NCBI GenBank assembly: GCA_023920165.1
Contig: CP089277.1
Location: forward strand, 62,001 to 126,000
Direction of reading: 5' to 3'
Origin: Curvularia clavata
Lineage: Eukaryota
Length of the DNA stretch: 64,000 nucleotides
How positions within the stretch are numbered: position 1 is the first letter of the stretch; each line of letters opens with the position of its first letter. Positions 50,590 through 62,553 of the stretch are shown here, in pieces. The position numbers were made by a program, and so were the translations under genes. The notes beneath the pieces were generated by a model. The model was not told the DNA's origin. It ran no database searches and worked only from the letters and a program-made list of their open reading frames with translations.

Positions 50590-51080
50590 ATTTCACACAG
50601 CATACACACCATCTTTCCTATGAACAGGGAGGCGATCATAGCTCTCCAAATACGTTGGCTATTGTATTAAAGTGAAGCCCAACAGTCGAGAACTGGCCCT
50701 AGTAACAGCCCTAGTAGTTCCAATACTAGGACGAGCCGCAGGAGCTGTTGAACTTAGTGTCCCAAATCAACGTTTCAACAGCAACTTATGCAATTAGGTA
50801 CATCAGCCAAAAGCCCAAATGCCGCGATTGAGTAGATGAAGAATATAGAATCAAGGGGCCACACGTAGACAGTATTTGAAAGGAGGAAAAAAATAATGAT
50901 TACAGCGATGATCTCTATAGTAGAGATAACCTCATCATAGATCAGACCGCCGTTTACAGATCCATCTCGGCCAGGGTGGACCAAATAGAAGAAGCGACCG
51001 AGAGGGGCTACGACCATGATGGAGCTGCAAGGTTCACGAAGGCAAAAGATTACAGAAAAGACTTAGGATCCGATTTTCAT
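50590..51080 (-). pseudogene. Degenerate small multi-pass membrane protein gene (MARVEL-like)
   Basis: MKIGS*VFSVIF...LGRFFYLVH...LIYDEVIS...WPLDSIFFIYSIAAFGLL, then SCGSS*YWNY*GCY*GQF and WRAMIASLFIG; 3' end approximate. Confidence 0.65.
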
Positions 51081-52830
51081 GATTACCAATAAGGTAAAAT
51101 TATTCTTGGTAACAATAGGCCAGCCTGTAAGAGATTTCATCTCATCTTTGTAGGAGGGTAGATCCAGGTGATATGGATCGGCAAGGCTGTTGATCACGTT
51201 TCTCAATCACCGAATAGGTTAGCGTGAGTCCTCAAACCTTAACCCAAAACAGAGTATGACCTGATATCCGAGAAAAGTCTACATGTGATTTCACATGCAT
51301 AGTCTGGCGGAAGTCAGAGGCTTGTAACCATCACGTTTGTCCCAACATTTTTTCAGCTGGAACAGAGATGCGGGGTAAGTCCAGATCCATCTAAAAGACT
51401 CCTCCGAATTAGGTAATAGGATAATAGTTCCTTGCTATCCAATTGTCCTTGGACGGGCTGCTTGAAATCTTCACAATCCTTGAATTATGGAGAATCGGAT
51501 GGTGCGTAGGTATTAGAGTTTTAAGGCATGAATACAATAAGCTGGTATAGAGGAGTTGTGAACGCTTAACCCTGTAGGAGTTCGCCTCAGCTTTTGAACT
51601 GGATCTGGACTGCAGGCAAGAGATCACCAATTGACATTTTTGCTAAAAGTGAACTACGGCAGCTTAGATTGGTTGGGTTCAACCCAAGATAGTACCGTGG
51701 AGACTCGGTCAAACTGATAAAAAAAAATCTCATTCTCTTGGTAGTCATTGCAAACGAACCGGAAACATACAGGTTTGTTGGATTTCGAATATCAACCCGT
51801 CAGTACCTTTGGCCTGGTATCCCACAAAGCTTTATCTAGATGATATCTTCAGCCGTGTATCACGGTCATATACCAATTCCTAACCACATGCATCTTGAAG
51901 TACGGATACGCTGCAATGTCTGGTTTACGCTCAAATCTATTATTATAGGACCAAGGCGTGCTTTAGCGCTGAACGCGCATCTCAAAAAGAGTCATTACAA
52001 AAATTCCAGCGCGCAGAATGCCTAAGACGAACTAGTAATAAACGAGGAACGGAATTCAGGCTTTGGCATATTATACAAATTTTGAGAAGGCATATTATTA
52101 CCCTAACAACTTTACTATATTTGGAGTAGTTTCCGTCTAGGTTGGGTCCACCTTTTGCAAGTAGCTGAGGTCTACAAGTGATTATGTCCACTCTCTTCCA
52201 CTACAGGAGGGTAAACCTCTGTCGTTAATGAAGTCAAGAACAGAGAACATGTTTCGGATGTATGCGGAAACTAGATTAGCCATTGAGTACAAGTTTACGT
52301 AATGAGATTAATAGCTTAACTTTATATGCACTCTCTAAATTGGTTGTGAGACGTTAGCCCCCCTTTGTGAGATACATTATTCTAGTGGCGTATCACGCCA
52401 CATTTCGTGCTTTAGTGCGCCACTCTCAAACTTTCGCATGTTCTCATTAGTTAATATGATACCTGCCAGTCACCCTTACAAGACGACTAGTAGATCTATT
52501 TGTAAACAGGAGACATTTCGTGGGACCGTTATACATAACGTAAGCAACAAACAGGCGCATGCCAAAGATGACCTATCAGCAAGTAATTACGTGGACAAGG
52601 ATCCGCCACGTGGATATCCGTCAACTTCTTGAAATTTAGCGTAAAGATAGTGTCCTGCATTACAAAGATCATGCTTGAAAACCAGTCATTGTGTGACCGC
52701 GAACCGACCACATCAAAAAGATTCATTTCATCTTTGCCATTCACTAGTTGTCCCCGCTTTCTTGCAACACCCTGATATCCTTATATACTGCACATGTCAA
52801 AAAGACCTACATCACAACATTTGGTCTGAA

Positions 52831-54945
52831 ATGGCTAGAAAGACCCTGAAAGCCGGTTCAATTATCGGACTATACTCTATCATTATCTCCCTCTTGGGAA
52901 CATTGGCATCCGCTTCAAGTGAAAAAGGTACGGGCACTTGTTACTTTGCTACGGAGGGAACCTGAGATGATCAAACACACTTTCTAAGACGGCTTTCGGC
53001 AGGAGTTCAGGTAAATTTGCCGAATGAAGCAGCCTGGATCCGGCAATTGAGGCAGGGTCATCATGGCTATGCACCATACGCAGTCAACTGCCCACAACCT
53101 CGCCCCAACATCCGAAACTCGACATCCATCTCTCCTGAGGAGACGGAATGGTTGGAAAAGAGGCAAAACAACACTGTTTGGGCACTACGAGACTTCCTTT
53201 CCCGCGCTAACATTAGCGGTTTTGACGCCAATGGCTATCTGGACAGAATTATGGAGAATGGAACAGCCTTACCAAATGTCGGAATTGCTGTCTCGGGAGG
53301 TGGGTGGAGGGCTCTAATGAACGGTGCCGGCGCGATCGCCGCATTTGATAACACCACGACCAATTCAACTTCACCTGGCCATGTCGGAGGACTTCTACAG
53401 ACAGCAACCTATCTCACCGGCCTTTCTGGAGGAAGTTGGCTGGTGGGTAGTCTCTATGTACCCCAGTTAAGGTCGGTGCAGGAACTGTATAGGATGGATC
53501 CAAACGCTCCAGATTCACTTTGGCAGTTTGACAACTCTATCGTTGAAGGTTCGTCAGGCACCTCTCCTAGTGCGGTCCATACTGATGAAATAGGGCCGAC
53601 GACGTTACGTACCTCTGAGTATTATGATCAGATTACTGACGAGGTTGAAAACAAAGAGAATGTTGGCTTTAATACAACAATCACAGACTTGTGGGGGAGA
53701 GGTCTGTCATTTCAGTTATTCAATGCAAAGGATGGAGGTCCTAGTAAGGATAGATCTCTAATCACTCTGGGATTTCTACTAATTAGAAGTGGAGATTACA
53801 CATTCAGCAATCTCACGCAGAATGGCGCCTTTCAATCCGCGCAAGTGCCATTGCCGATTATTGTGGCCATCGAGAGGCCACCAAACCAGTTACTGATCCT
53901 TGAAAACTCCAGTATATACGAGATAAATCCTTGGGAAATCGGCACATTCGATCCTCCTACCACCGCCTTTGCCCCTCTCCAATATGTTGGTTCAAACTTT
54001 AGCGGCGGTATCGTTCTGGAAGGCCAGAGTTGTGTATCTGGATTCGACAACATGGGTTTCGTCGTAGGAACCTCCTCATCACTGTTCAACCAAGCCTACT
54101 TGCAGGTGAATAATACCAGCCTACCTTCACGGGTGGTAGACTATGTTTCCAGAAAGCTGGAGGAAATTGGAAATGAGAACAACGACGTTTCTTATTGGAC
54201 GAATCCGTTCTACCAATTCAATCCAGCTGTCAACATGAATGCTAAAAACCGAATACTACCCTTGGTTGATGGTGGGGAAGATCTCCAGAACATCCCGCTC
54301 CATCCACTACTACAACCTCCCCGTAAAGTCGATGTAATATTTGCAGTGGATAGTTCTGCTGACACTTCTTCCCCTGGCGCATACTGGCCGAATGGTACCT
54401 CACTCGTAGCAACATATCAAAGGTCTCTCCTCAAATCAGGCCATGGATTCCCTTTTCCGGTTGTTCCCGATCAGAACACATTCGTTAACCTTGGGCTGAA
54501 CTCAAAACCCACATTTTTTGGCTGCGATCCTGAAAATACAACCCAGCCAACTCCACTCATTGTTTATTTACCCAATTCTCCTTATACTTATTACTCAAAT
54601 ATTTCAACTTTCCAGATGGAGACCAACGACACGCAGCGCAACTCAATTATTCAAAATGGGTACGACGTCGCGACAAGAGGTAATGGAAGTGTTGATAGTG
54701 ACTGGCCAGCCTGCCTTGGATGTGCTTTGTTAGCGCGAAGCTTTTGGAAGACACAGACAGAGACACCGTCGGTATGCCAGGATTGTTTTACAAGGTATTG
54801 CTGGAATGGAACGACAGATCCCAGCACACCTGCTCCATACATGCCAACGCATGTTATTAAGATGAGTGGCTGTTCAAGACAGGCGGTAATTGCTTTCACA
54901 CCGGTGATTGCCTTCGTTCTGATAATCTCCATGACTTTGCTTTAG
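52831..54945 (+). CDS. Secreted/GPI-type lysophospholipase (phospholipase B)
   Basis: Signal exon MARKTL...; GYAPYAVNCP, SGGGWRA, nucleophile GLSGGSW, LVDGGED, AVDSSAD, CFTRYCWNG, hydrophobic C-tail; intron ~52929-52988 plus two probable in-frame introns. Confidence 0.92.
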
Positions 54946-55227
54946 AACTCATATATGTGTTACCAGTTGTTTCTACGAATCTGACATCGTAATTTCACAC
55001 GACATGCAAGGATAATGACGTAAAATACATAGTGGTTATTAATCAGATACTGCTTATTGTACCAGAGAGTTAGCCATCGATGTGAGTAAGCCGCTCCAAT
55101 AGCTTTACGCACCACTTCTGAGACTACTTAAGAGAGACAAATACATTGCGTGCAACATTGAGGCAGTTGTCAGCAAGTACTTTGTACTAATCTTTAGATG
55201 AATCGCTGAAGAGAACTTCTAGCAATC

Positions 55228-57063
55228 TTGAAGCTTATAACGTGGGCGGCTGTCCAACCTGCGCAATATGTGGGCACTCAAATGTTCATCACTGTTAGCA
55301 GTTCGAAAAAACGGCGATTCCTACAGGAGACTTTCGGTTTGAGGACCGACCAGATTTTCAACTCGCGCAATACGGACTTCGCAGACCAGACCTTGACTGC
55401 CATTAACGGTCATGGAGTCGATGTGGTGCTCAATTCATTGACTGGAGACATGCTAGAGGAGTCTCTCCGCATCATAGCTGATGGAGGCGTCATGGTTAAG
55501 ATTAGCAAGAAGGATATCCTAGATCGTAACAAGCTACCGATAACACCGTTTGATCGCAACATCTCTTTCAGCGCTGTTGATTAGTCTGCTGAACGAGCTC
55601 CTGATACTCTGATTGAGCGATCTTTGGCCACATTGTGCGAGCGCTTGGAGGGTGGTCACATCAAGCCCATTAACCCAGTGCACCGCTTCCCATGGACCGA
55701 AATACCTACGGCAGTGCGATTTCTCAGACCAGGAACCCATATAGGCAAAGTCGTTTTGTCAAACGGGCTTGATGCCAAGATCCAAGTTCCGACAAGTCTT
55801 ATATGCTTGATTGGATCTCTCTCAGGTTTGGGAATATGGTGGCTGGTTTCTAGGTATAGATCCGCCAAGCGACCCCAAAGCTGGCGTTCCGGAACGATGG
55901 TTGTTATCTCATCGTTGGTGGCCTTCGCGGTCTTTGTGGTTCTCTCGCTGTTTACCTCGCAAAGCAGGGAGCTAAGAATCTTGCTGTCATATCTCGCAGC
56001 AGGCACGAGTATCATAAGTCACAGGGTATCGTTAAGCAGATCAAAGATCTTGGATCCCAAATCGATCTTCTCGCTGCCGATGTTACCAATTTCACGGAGG
56101 TATTACGCGCCTTCAAAAAATGCAAAGACTCCCATTGCGGGGATCATTCAAGGAGCGGTGGTTTTGAGAGTATGCTTAATCACAATAGTCTTGGTAGACA
56201 CTTGGCTAACATATCAATAGGATCGTCCTTTTGACCAGATGACATTGGCAGAGTACTATGAGGCAGCTCAATGCAAAATCCGCGGAACATGGAACCTGCA
56301 CGATGCCGCAGAATCGCTTGGTCTAAGGCTAGACTTCTTCACTCTCCTTTCCAGTATCTCGGTGTGATCGGAAACTGCGGTCAGGCCAACTATGCTGTTG
56401 CCAATGCCTTCCTCGATTCTTTCGCTACTTTCCGTCATTTTCGCGGTCAAGCAGCGTGCTCTGTCGAATTGGACGTAATCGAAGACTATGGTGTGATTGC
56501 AGAAACAGAAAATCTGCCAAATGTGTTCGACACTCGTGTCTTCAAAGGCATCAACGGCAGCTTGTTAGCCAAGATCCTATACGTCTCGGTTCTGCAGCAG
56601 CATGCTCATCCGCGCTCCAGCCCAGAAGCAATTGCGCAGTTGATTACAGGTCTGATTGTACCTCAGCCTGCCGACTCGCCATTGAAAAAGGACGCTCGCC
56701 TTTCTGCGATTTTTGAGGGTCGTTCAGCAAGTCGCGGAGATGCTGGTGGAGCAAGCGGCAAAGATGCAGAGGTTCAGTTGGCTTTGTTACTACTCAAGAA
56801 CGAATCTGCCGATGAAGGAGCAAGACAAAAGGCTGTGATAGAAGCTATCAACAGCGCTTTTGTACGCATGCTGCGCCTTCCTGAGGTCATGGACGTGGAG
56901 CGACCGTTATCCGTATACGGAATTGACTCACTTGCGGCAGTGGAGCTCAAAAATTGGATCCGAACTGAACTTGGCGCACTCGTTTCAACCCTAGATGTTC
57001 TTAACGCTACATCTCTTACAAGCCTTAGCAAAGAGGGTGATCTCTAAGATCGTCGCTAGCTAG
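55228..57063 (+). pseudogene. C-terminal remnant of a highly reducing PKS (partial ER, KR, ACP)
   Basis: GVDVVLNSLTG, HIGKVVL, CYLIVGGLRGLCG (alternate frame), GIIQGAVVLR, GTWNLHDA, GQANYA, YGIDSLAAVELKNWI; stop at 55582 and several frameshifts; no KS/AT/DH upstream. Confidence 0.9.
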
Positions 57064-57785
57064 TTGCTCCTTGATACATAACTATCATGTATTCAAATGA
57101 TCTTACCTTTATTCTATCAACTTCTACCACATTACTTAAGGTTTAAGCGACATAGAGATAAATTTTATTTGCATAGACCCTTACATACTAGAGTTACAAT
57201 GTCTGCGTGTGAAGGGAGTATTGCGGTAAATGTTACCATGAAAATTCTGCCAAATAGTGAAATAGCAAAGTTATAGCTAAATATTTCAAATACAATTTCA
57301 CATAATTATTATGAAAATTTGATATATGAAGCAGAGTAGCTTGAACGTAAAGATAATCGCCAAGTGAGTACTGACTGTGTAGCCCGTGCGCTATAAAGGT
57401 GTGCAACGCTTGGCTAGGCAACCATGCTAGACAGCCAAGCTAGGCACTGGTGCTACTTCATCACAGTTCCTCCCAGGTGTTTGTGTCCGTTTTTAAGACG
57501 CTAGGTACTCGTATCCGTGTTCGCTACGCTACGCCTCGTCCAGAGTTCCTATCTGAGCTAAGATAGTACAGGTCTGATTGGCGTCAACTCGGCCGTATGC
57601 TACCGAAAACGAGTGTAGCGGTGACCGCTTCCTGCTCAGCCTTCCAAGCAATAAAGCACAGCCACCGCTCGGATAATCCTATGGTTTGTCAACTGGGCAG
57701 TCTTCTATAAGATGACAGATTACTTTAGTCCGCTGTAGCACTCTGCACCCAAATTAGCCCAAACCCGCCTGGAGGAAAAAACACT

Positions 57786-58706
57786 ATGGGTTCGCATTCT
57801 AGCAAGACCCAAACAGAGTCCAGTGAGGCAGATAAGAGCCGACGCGAAAAATATCCCGAACCCAAAATCAAGCAGCTCAACGCTTCAGCTCTCCAAGGGG
57901 CAAACTTGAGCGTTGACGCTTCGGAAGACAATTCCATCACAGCGACAGCTGTCTACCAATTGGACCCTGCACCTCGCACACAGCTTACAACGAATGAATC
58001 CATTCGATTTGGACCTTATGCCCTGAAATTTGCGCTTGCGCAGCGCATTGCTCGAGATCTACGTAACTCGAACTCATCTCCAGCAATTGGCGGACTTGAG
58101 TTGCCATGCGAGACTCGTTCTGGGTCAAATCTTGCCTTTTACGATTTCAAGCTACAACTGCTTGACGACTATCTGATACTCCTAGTTCAAAGTTGGATCG
58201 AGCTACCACCAGAATTGTCCCACGTCTTGGAGAGCGAGCACCTGGAAACACTCTTTAACTGCGCCCCTGGTTGCTGTCCACATGCGGCACGCGATAAGCA
58301 ACTGGCCTTCATCTCATGCATGGGTATTGAGATCATAGACCGCTACAGACAACGCAAATGCATGTGTGTGGAAATCAACTATGCTTGTCGCTGCCGTACG
58401 ATCTATGCGTGTGATAGATGCCCTAGTCGACTGATCTTCAGCCGGCATGAGCTTCGCGACGGGCGTATGATGCTCGTGACAACGAATTGGCGGAATCTGG
58501 GTCAGTGTCTGAACATCGAGGATGACGTCTGGCGAAGTCAGACAAGTGGACTAAACTTGCTTTCTACAGCTTCCCATCAGGGACAGTCTAGATTTGAGGC
58601 CTCAGAATGGGCTCCATTGCAAGGATCTACGAGGTTGATACCATATGAGTCGAACACTACGTCGAAAATGCGAGATATTGCAGACACCGTAGTACTTGAG
58701 ATATAG
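57786..58706 (+). CDS. Hypothetical protein, Cys-rich C-terminal half, 306 aa
   Basis: Uninterrupted 306-aa ORF; CCPH, CDRCP and WRNLG motifs reminiscent of fungal F-box-associated proteins. Confidence 0.55.
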   Translation: MGSHSSKTQTESSEADKSRREKYPEPKIKQLNASALQGANLSVDASEDNSITATAVYQLDPAPRTQLTTNESIRFGPYALKFALAQRIARDLRNSNSSPAIGGLELPCETRSGSNLAFYDFKLQLLDDYLILLVQSWIELPPELSHVLESEHLETLFNCAPGCCPHAARDKQLAFISCMGIEIIDRYRQRKCMCVEINYACRCRTIYACDRCPSRLIFSRHELRDGRMMLVTTNWRNLGQCLNIEDDVWRSQTSGLNLLSTASHQGQSRFEASEWAPLQGSTRLIPYESNTTSKMRDIADTVVLEI

Positions 58707-58917
58707 GTTTGAAATCGATTGTAAATCGTCACAAGCTTCCAAATACAACATACCTGTGGTGTAGATTACTTCTTTTACACACAACCATATTTGATGAGAT
58801 TCATGTTCTCCTCAAAATAAAATAAAACTAACAAGTATTTACAAGCTATTCGTTTGGTGTCCGCCGTGCATTACATACACATAAGATTGCTCGATTCTCG
58901 TAGAAACAAACCTGTCT

Positions 58918-60931
58918 TTACGGTAGTTCAGCAGGCCGTTGATTTTCTGCTAGTTCGACCGGCGACAGCTCTCCGGGCGGCATCTCTACCGGCAACTGCT
59001 GCTCAAATTTTAACTTTGTACCCTTCTCTTGTGCAGATTCTCCGTGTACTTCAACAGGGCGTTGGGTCCTTCTCCTCCGACAAACGATAAAAGTAGTTAA
59101 ACCCACTACGATGGCTATGCCTGCTACAGTTCCAATCACAATGCCTGCAATGTAAGCGTGATTTTTCGCTTTTGGATGCGGTGAGAGCGTCGGAAGACTA
59201 GTCGGTGGTGTGCTCGTCGGAGGGGGTGGATTAAACATGGTGAAGAGGGCTGAGTTGGCAAATCCGCCAACTGGTTCTGTCATGGTGGCACTTCCGTTCC
59301 CCCTGTATGCGGTGAGGTTAAGATATAGTGAGTTGCAAACGAGGGACTGGGATGACTTACGAACCCCCGATTGCATCCACCACTTTGCCTGGGACCTGAT
59401 AATCTGGCGCGTAGGCATTGAAGAAAGAGCTCCATGTGAGATTACTTAAATCGAACAGAGCTACGCCTCCCCATTTGTCGCATGTCATAGATGTGAGGTT
59501 TGGAAGTTGGCCGGTCGTTTCTACCGCATACATGCTCGCATCGAGTGATCCTCCTACGGTCATCATTTGCCGCTTGCCAGCACTGTGGCATGTATGGCCA
59601 AACTTTGGATTCTGCCCAGAATAAACCTTCGTCCAGACGAATGAAGGAAGTGAAAGGACGTAAATGTCGTCATACATGATGGATTGGGTTGGATCGTAAC
59701 CTCCATATATATATCTGTTTTCGGATCAGACGGACTTGTAGCTACTTTCATCACAGAACGTACACATTGTAGCTGGAGTTATCTTTTGCCGCTTTCACGC
59801 CGGGAAGAACGCAGAAATCGATGCGTGGAGGAGGCGTCTCCCCCGAAGTGGACTGGTTGAACCAAATCACCTCATTCTCGTTGAACGTGTCACATAAGGA
59901 GACGGTATGGAAATCAATCTGTATGTGTTAACATAGCACAAAAATCAACAGCAGACCAGGTGCATATACTAAAATGCCATTATTGAACGTGTTGTTTTTT
60001 TCGTTTCCACTGCGCATGCCTCCAAGAGCTAGCAAAGTACCATTTTTTGTCTTACCGAATCCCGGGCAATGCAGCAACCCACCTGCAACTCGGGGACTAC
60101 CAAGCGTATCCGTCGACACATTTCTCGCGATTGCAGTGGTTAAATCAACGATAATCAATCCTCCAAGGTATGTAATCTGGTTATCCGTCTCGTGTGTCAG
60201 CGTATTGTTTATGTATTCTGTCATGGAGTACATCACGGATGACGAGCCTCGATCGACCATGCCGTTCAAAAAGAATCCAATTCCAATAGAGATCGCTTCA
60301 GTCGCTGCGCCCCAGTTCGGACGTCTTGGAACCGCATGGTTTATATTGTACTGGTCCCATGTCATCGTTTCGGTGTCATATGACCACAAGGAGTACTCGT
60401 CTGACTCAGGGGGTTTCCAGTCCGGGTCGGTTTGGTTGGCTAGAAAGGTGGTGCCTCCGAAGGTGAACAGCCGTCGGTCTTTGGCAGGGCCTCGGTACAA
60501 AGCACCTCTAGCCATATTTGGAGGGTTGGCGTCCATCGCCGAGTTCCCAAATCGTCCTATTCTCTTCTCTGTGAAGTTGGTGGTAGCGTCCCATGGAACG
60601 CTCATGTCAATTTCAAATATGTATTTGCCTGCAAGTAAGTTTGGGGGCGGTCGCGGGCCTCAGAACAGAGAGCTTACTAAACCCGAGCCATGTAGTTTCA
60701 TCTTGGCGATACAGCTGTACTCCACCATCGACGAAGACAGACTTATCTCTTAGCATAGCTGTAGCGATTAGCTGAGTCGATGGAAGCATGTAATTAGGAT
60801 TCCCACATACATGCATGGTGCCAGCGGGCACATCTGTTGCGAACGACATCAACTCCATCTTGTTGGGCATAGACCCAATGCTTCAGGACGAGAGAGATTA
60901 AAACAAAAAGGAATGGAAGACCTGAATGCAT
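58918..60931 (-). CDS. Kelch-repeat single-pass membrane protein with signal peptide, multi-exon
   Basis: MHSGLPFLFVLISLVL start; VFVDGG, LFTFGG, LLALGG, DIYVLSLPSFVWT, HTCH, MTVGG; TM IAGIVIGTVAGIAIVVGL then RRRR; cytoplasmic VE(M/L)P repeats. Confidence 0.85.
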
Positions 60932-62109
60932 ATTTCCTGTTCAGTAAGCCAATCCGCTCATTAAGTTGTGACGGAGTTGGTGCCGGTCTGCAAAAAGGTA
61001 GAGTATGTAGTGCGCCACTCAACTACTATTCCGGTCTTATATAATGATGATGAAATCGGCAGTTTGCATCAGGTAGTTACTGGAGTCATCCGTCTATACA
61101 GGGATAATGGAGTTCCGTCGAGTACTGGCTGCTGAGAAGCTATGTGCACGTATAGAAGCGCATCAACCAGATCGTGGATGCACTTGCAGCCAGCCAAGAC
61201 ATTAGTGGCAGATCAACACACCATAATGAACCTCAACAGATGCTGCTGGTGTGGTCAGCCTATGACGGAAGCGGGTGGTGACAAGCAGGTCTGAATGTCA
61301 TTGTATGCTTTCGGACGCTTACGCAGCCAACAACTACAGCTCAACTATCTAATAGAACCAGGCTTAGTACTGACAAACTAGTAACATAGGACGTTCGTAA
61401 CTAGTTAAAAACTCTTTGTTCCCAGAATCTGTATTCAGCATATTCACATGCAAGTGGAGTGGCTTAGTCACTACCCAATCACTTGGAAATCGATCGAATC
61501 AGATCATGCTCTGCAGTGCAGACCCAGTTACTGCAAATTGGTTGAGCCATATCATCTTCCATCTATTCAATACAACGTAATGAGTACAGTGTGGCGGGGG
61601 CTTCAGAGTTCAGACTGGAAATCATGCATGTGGTATAGAATGCAGTCACTTACCTTATGTCCAGCTCCCTTGTTATCTTGTGAACGAATTCTATCTGCTT
61701 GGGCATATGTTGTGAAGTGTTATCGTCCTGTTAAGTACGTTGTTTAGCAGTCGAGAGGTCCAAGGGGTGTAGTGTCTTCCAGCACTATGCGCTGTTAGCA
61801 TGCAAGCCGCCGGAATCCTAGCCTGGTTATTGTTTTTTCTTGCCGTCATCTGCGTCATGTCTATTGATGTGATATCCTTACCTAAACAGAACTTAAGAAG
61901 ATGACTACAATTATGTTTCCTTTCAAATATCTACTCTAAGCACATGTCGCTGTTAGGCGACCGTCCTGAAAGCATACAGAAGTAGCAGCTGATCCGACCC
62001 AACACTTTGCATTGCATTTGACTATCAATCTCAGTGGCATCGTCTAGGCTGCTGTTAGGTTCCGCAATCCACTTCCTAGACCAACGCAACTGTGGTATGC
62101 TAGTCCCAC

Positions 62110-62553
62110 ATGTTTGTCGCTACGCCTATGCGTACTAGTGCGGGGAATGCGCCGATCGTCTTTCTCGTGATCATGAACATCGCTGAGGGCAGCAATGGCC
62201 CTGATAACGGTCTGCTAACTTTTGGCCACATTCTCGCAATTCACGTTGTTTGCTTTATCCTCCTCGATGACTCCTCGCTGCGTGGCCGCCAGCAAATCAC
62301 TTAGCAGTTGCTGGTCTCTAAGGTACTGCTTCTGGTCTTCTTCGCCAATCGCGACAGCGCCGCAGACGAATTGCTGTGCGCCCTCGACCAGCTCGCTACC
62401 CCCAGTCTGCAGCAAGCCTTCAGCTACTGCAGCGACCTTGACACCTGCGCTGATCTGCTCAGCTGGCTTCGCGTCCATCACACCATCTCCCTAATAACTT
62501 ACACCGACTGGCCAGGCTATAGCATGACCCAAATCCGCGGAGAGGTTACTCTC
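62110..62553 (+). pseudogene. GC-rich gene fragment resembling bacterial proteins of Dyp-peroxidase/catalase-associated loci
   Basis: ORFs 62110-62304 and 62308+ share one frame separated by a single TAG; MN...PDNGLLTFG...IHVVCFILLDD...NRDSAADELL...AFSYC...DLLSWLRVH...YTDWPGYSMTQIRGE. Confidence 0.45.

Noticed and set aside
59974..60753. 259-aa plus-strand ORF, and similar antisense ORFs over the NRPS, ABC and TF genes
   Set aside because: Shadow frames opposite well-supported genes, with no recognisable motifs
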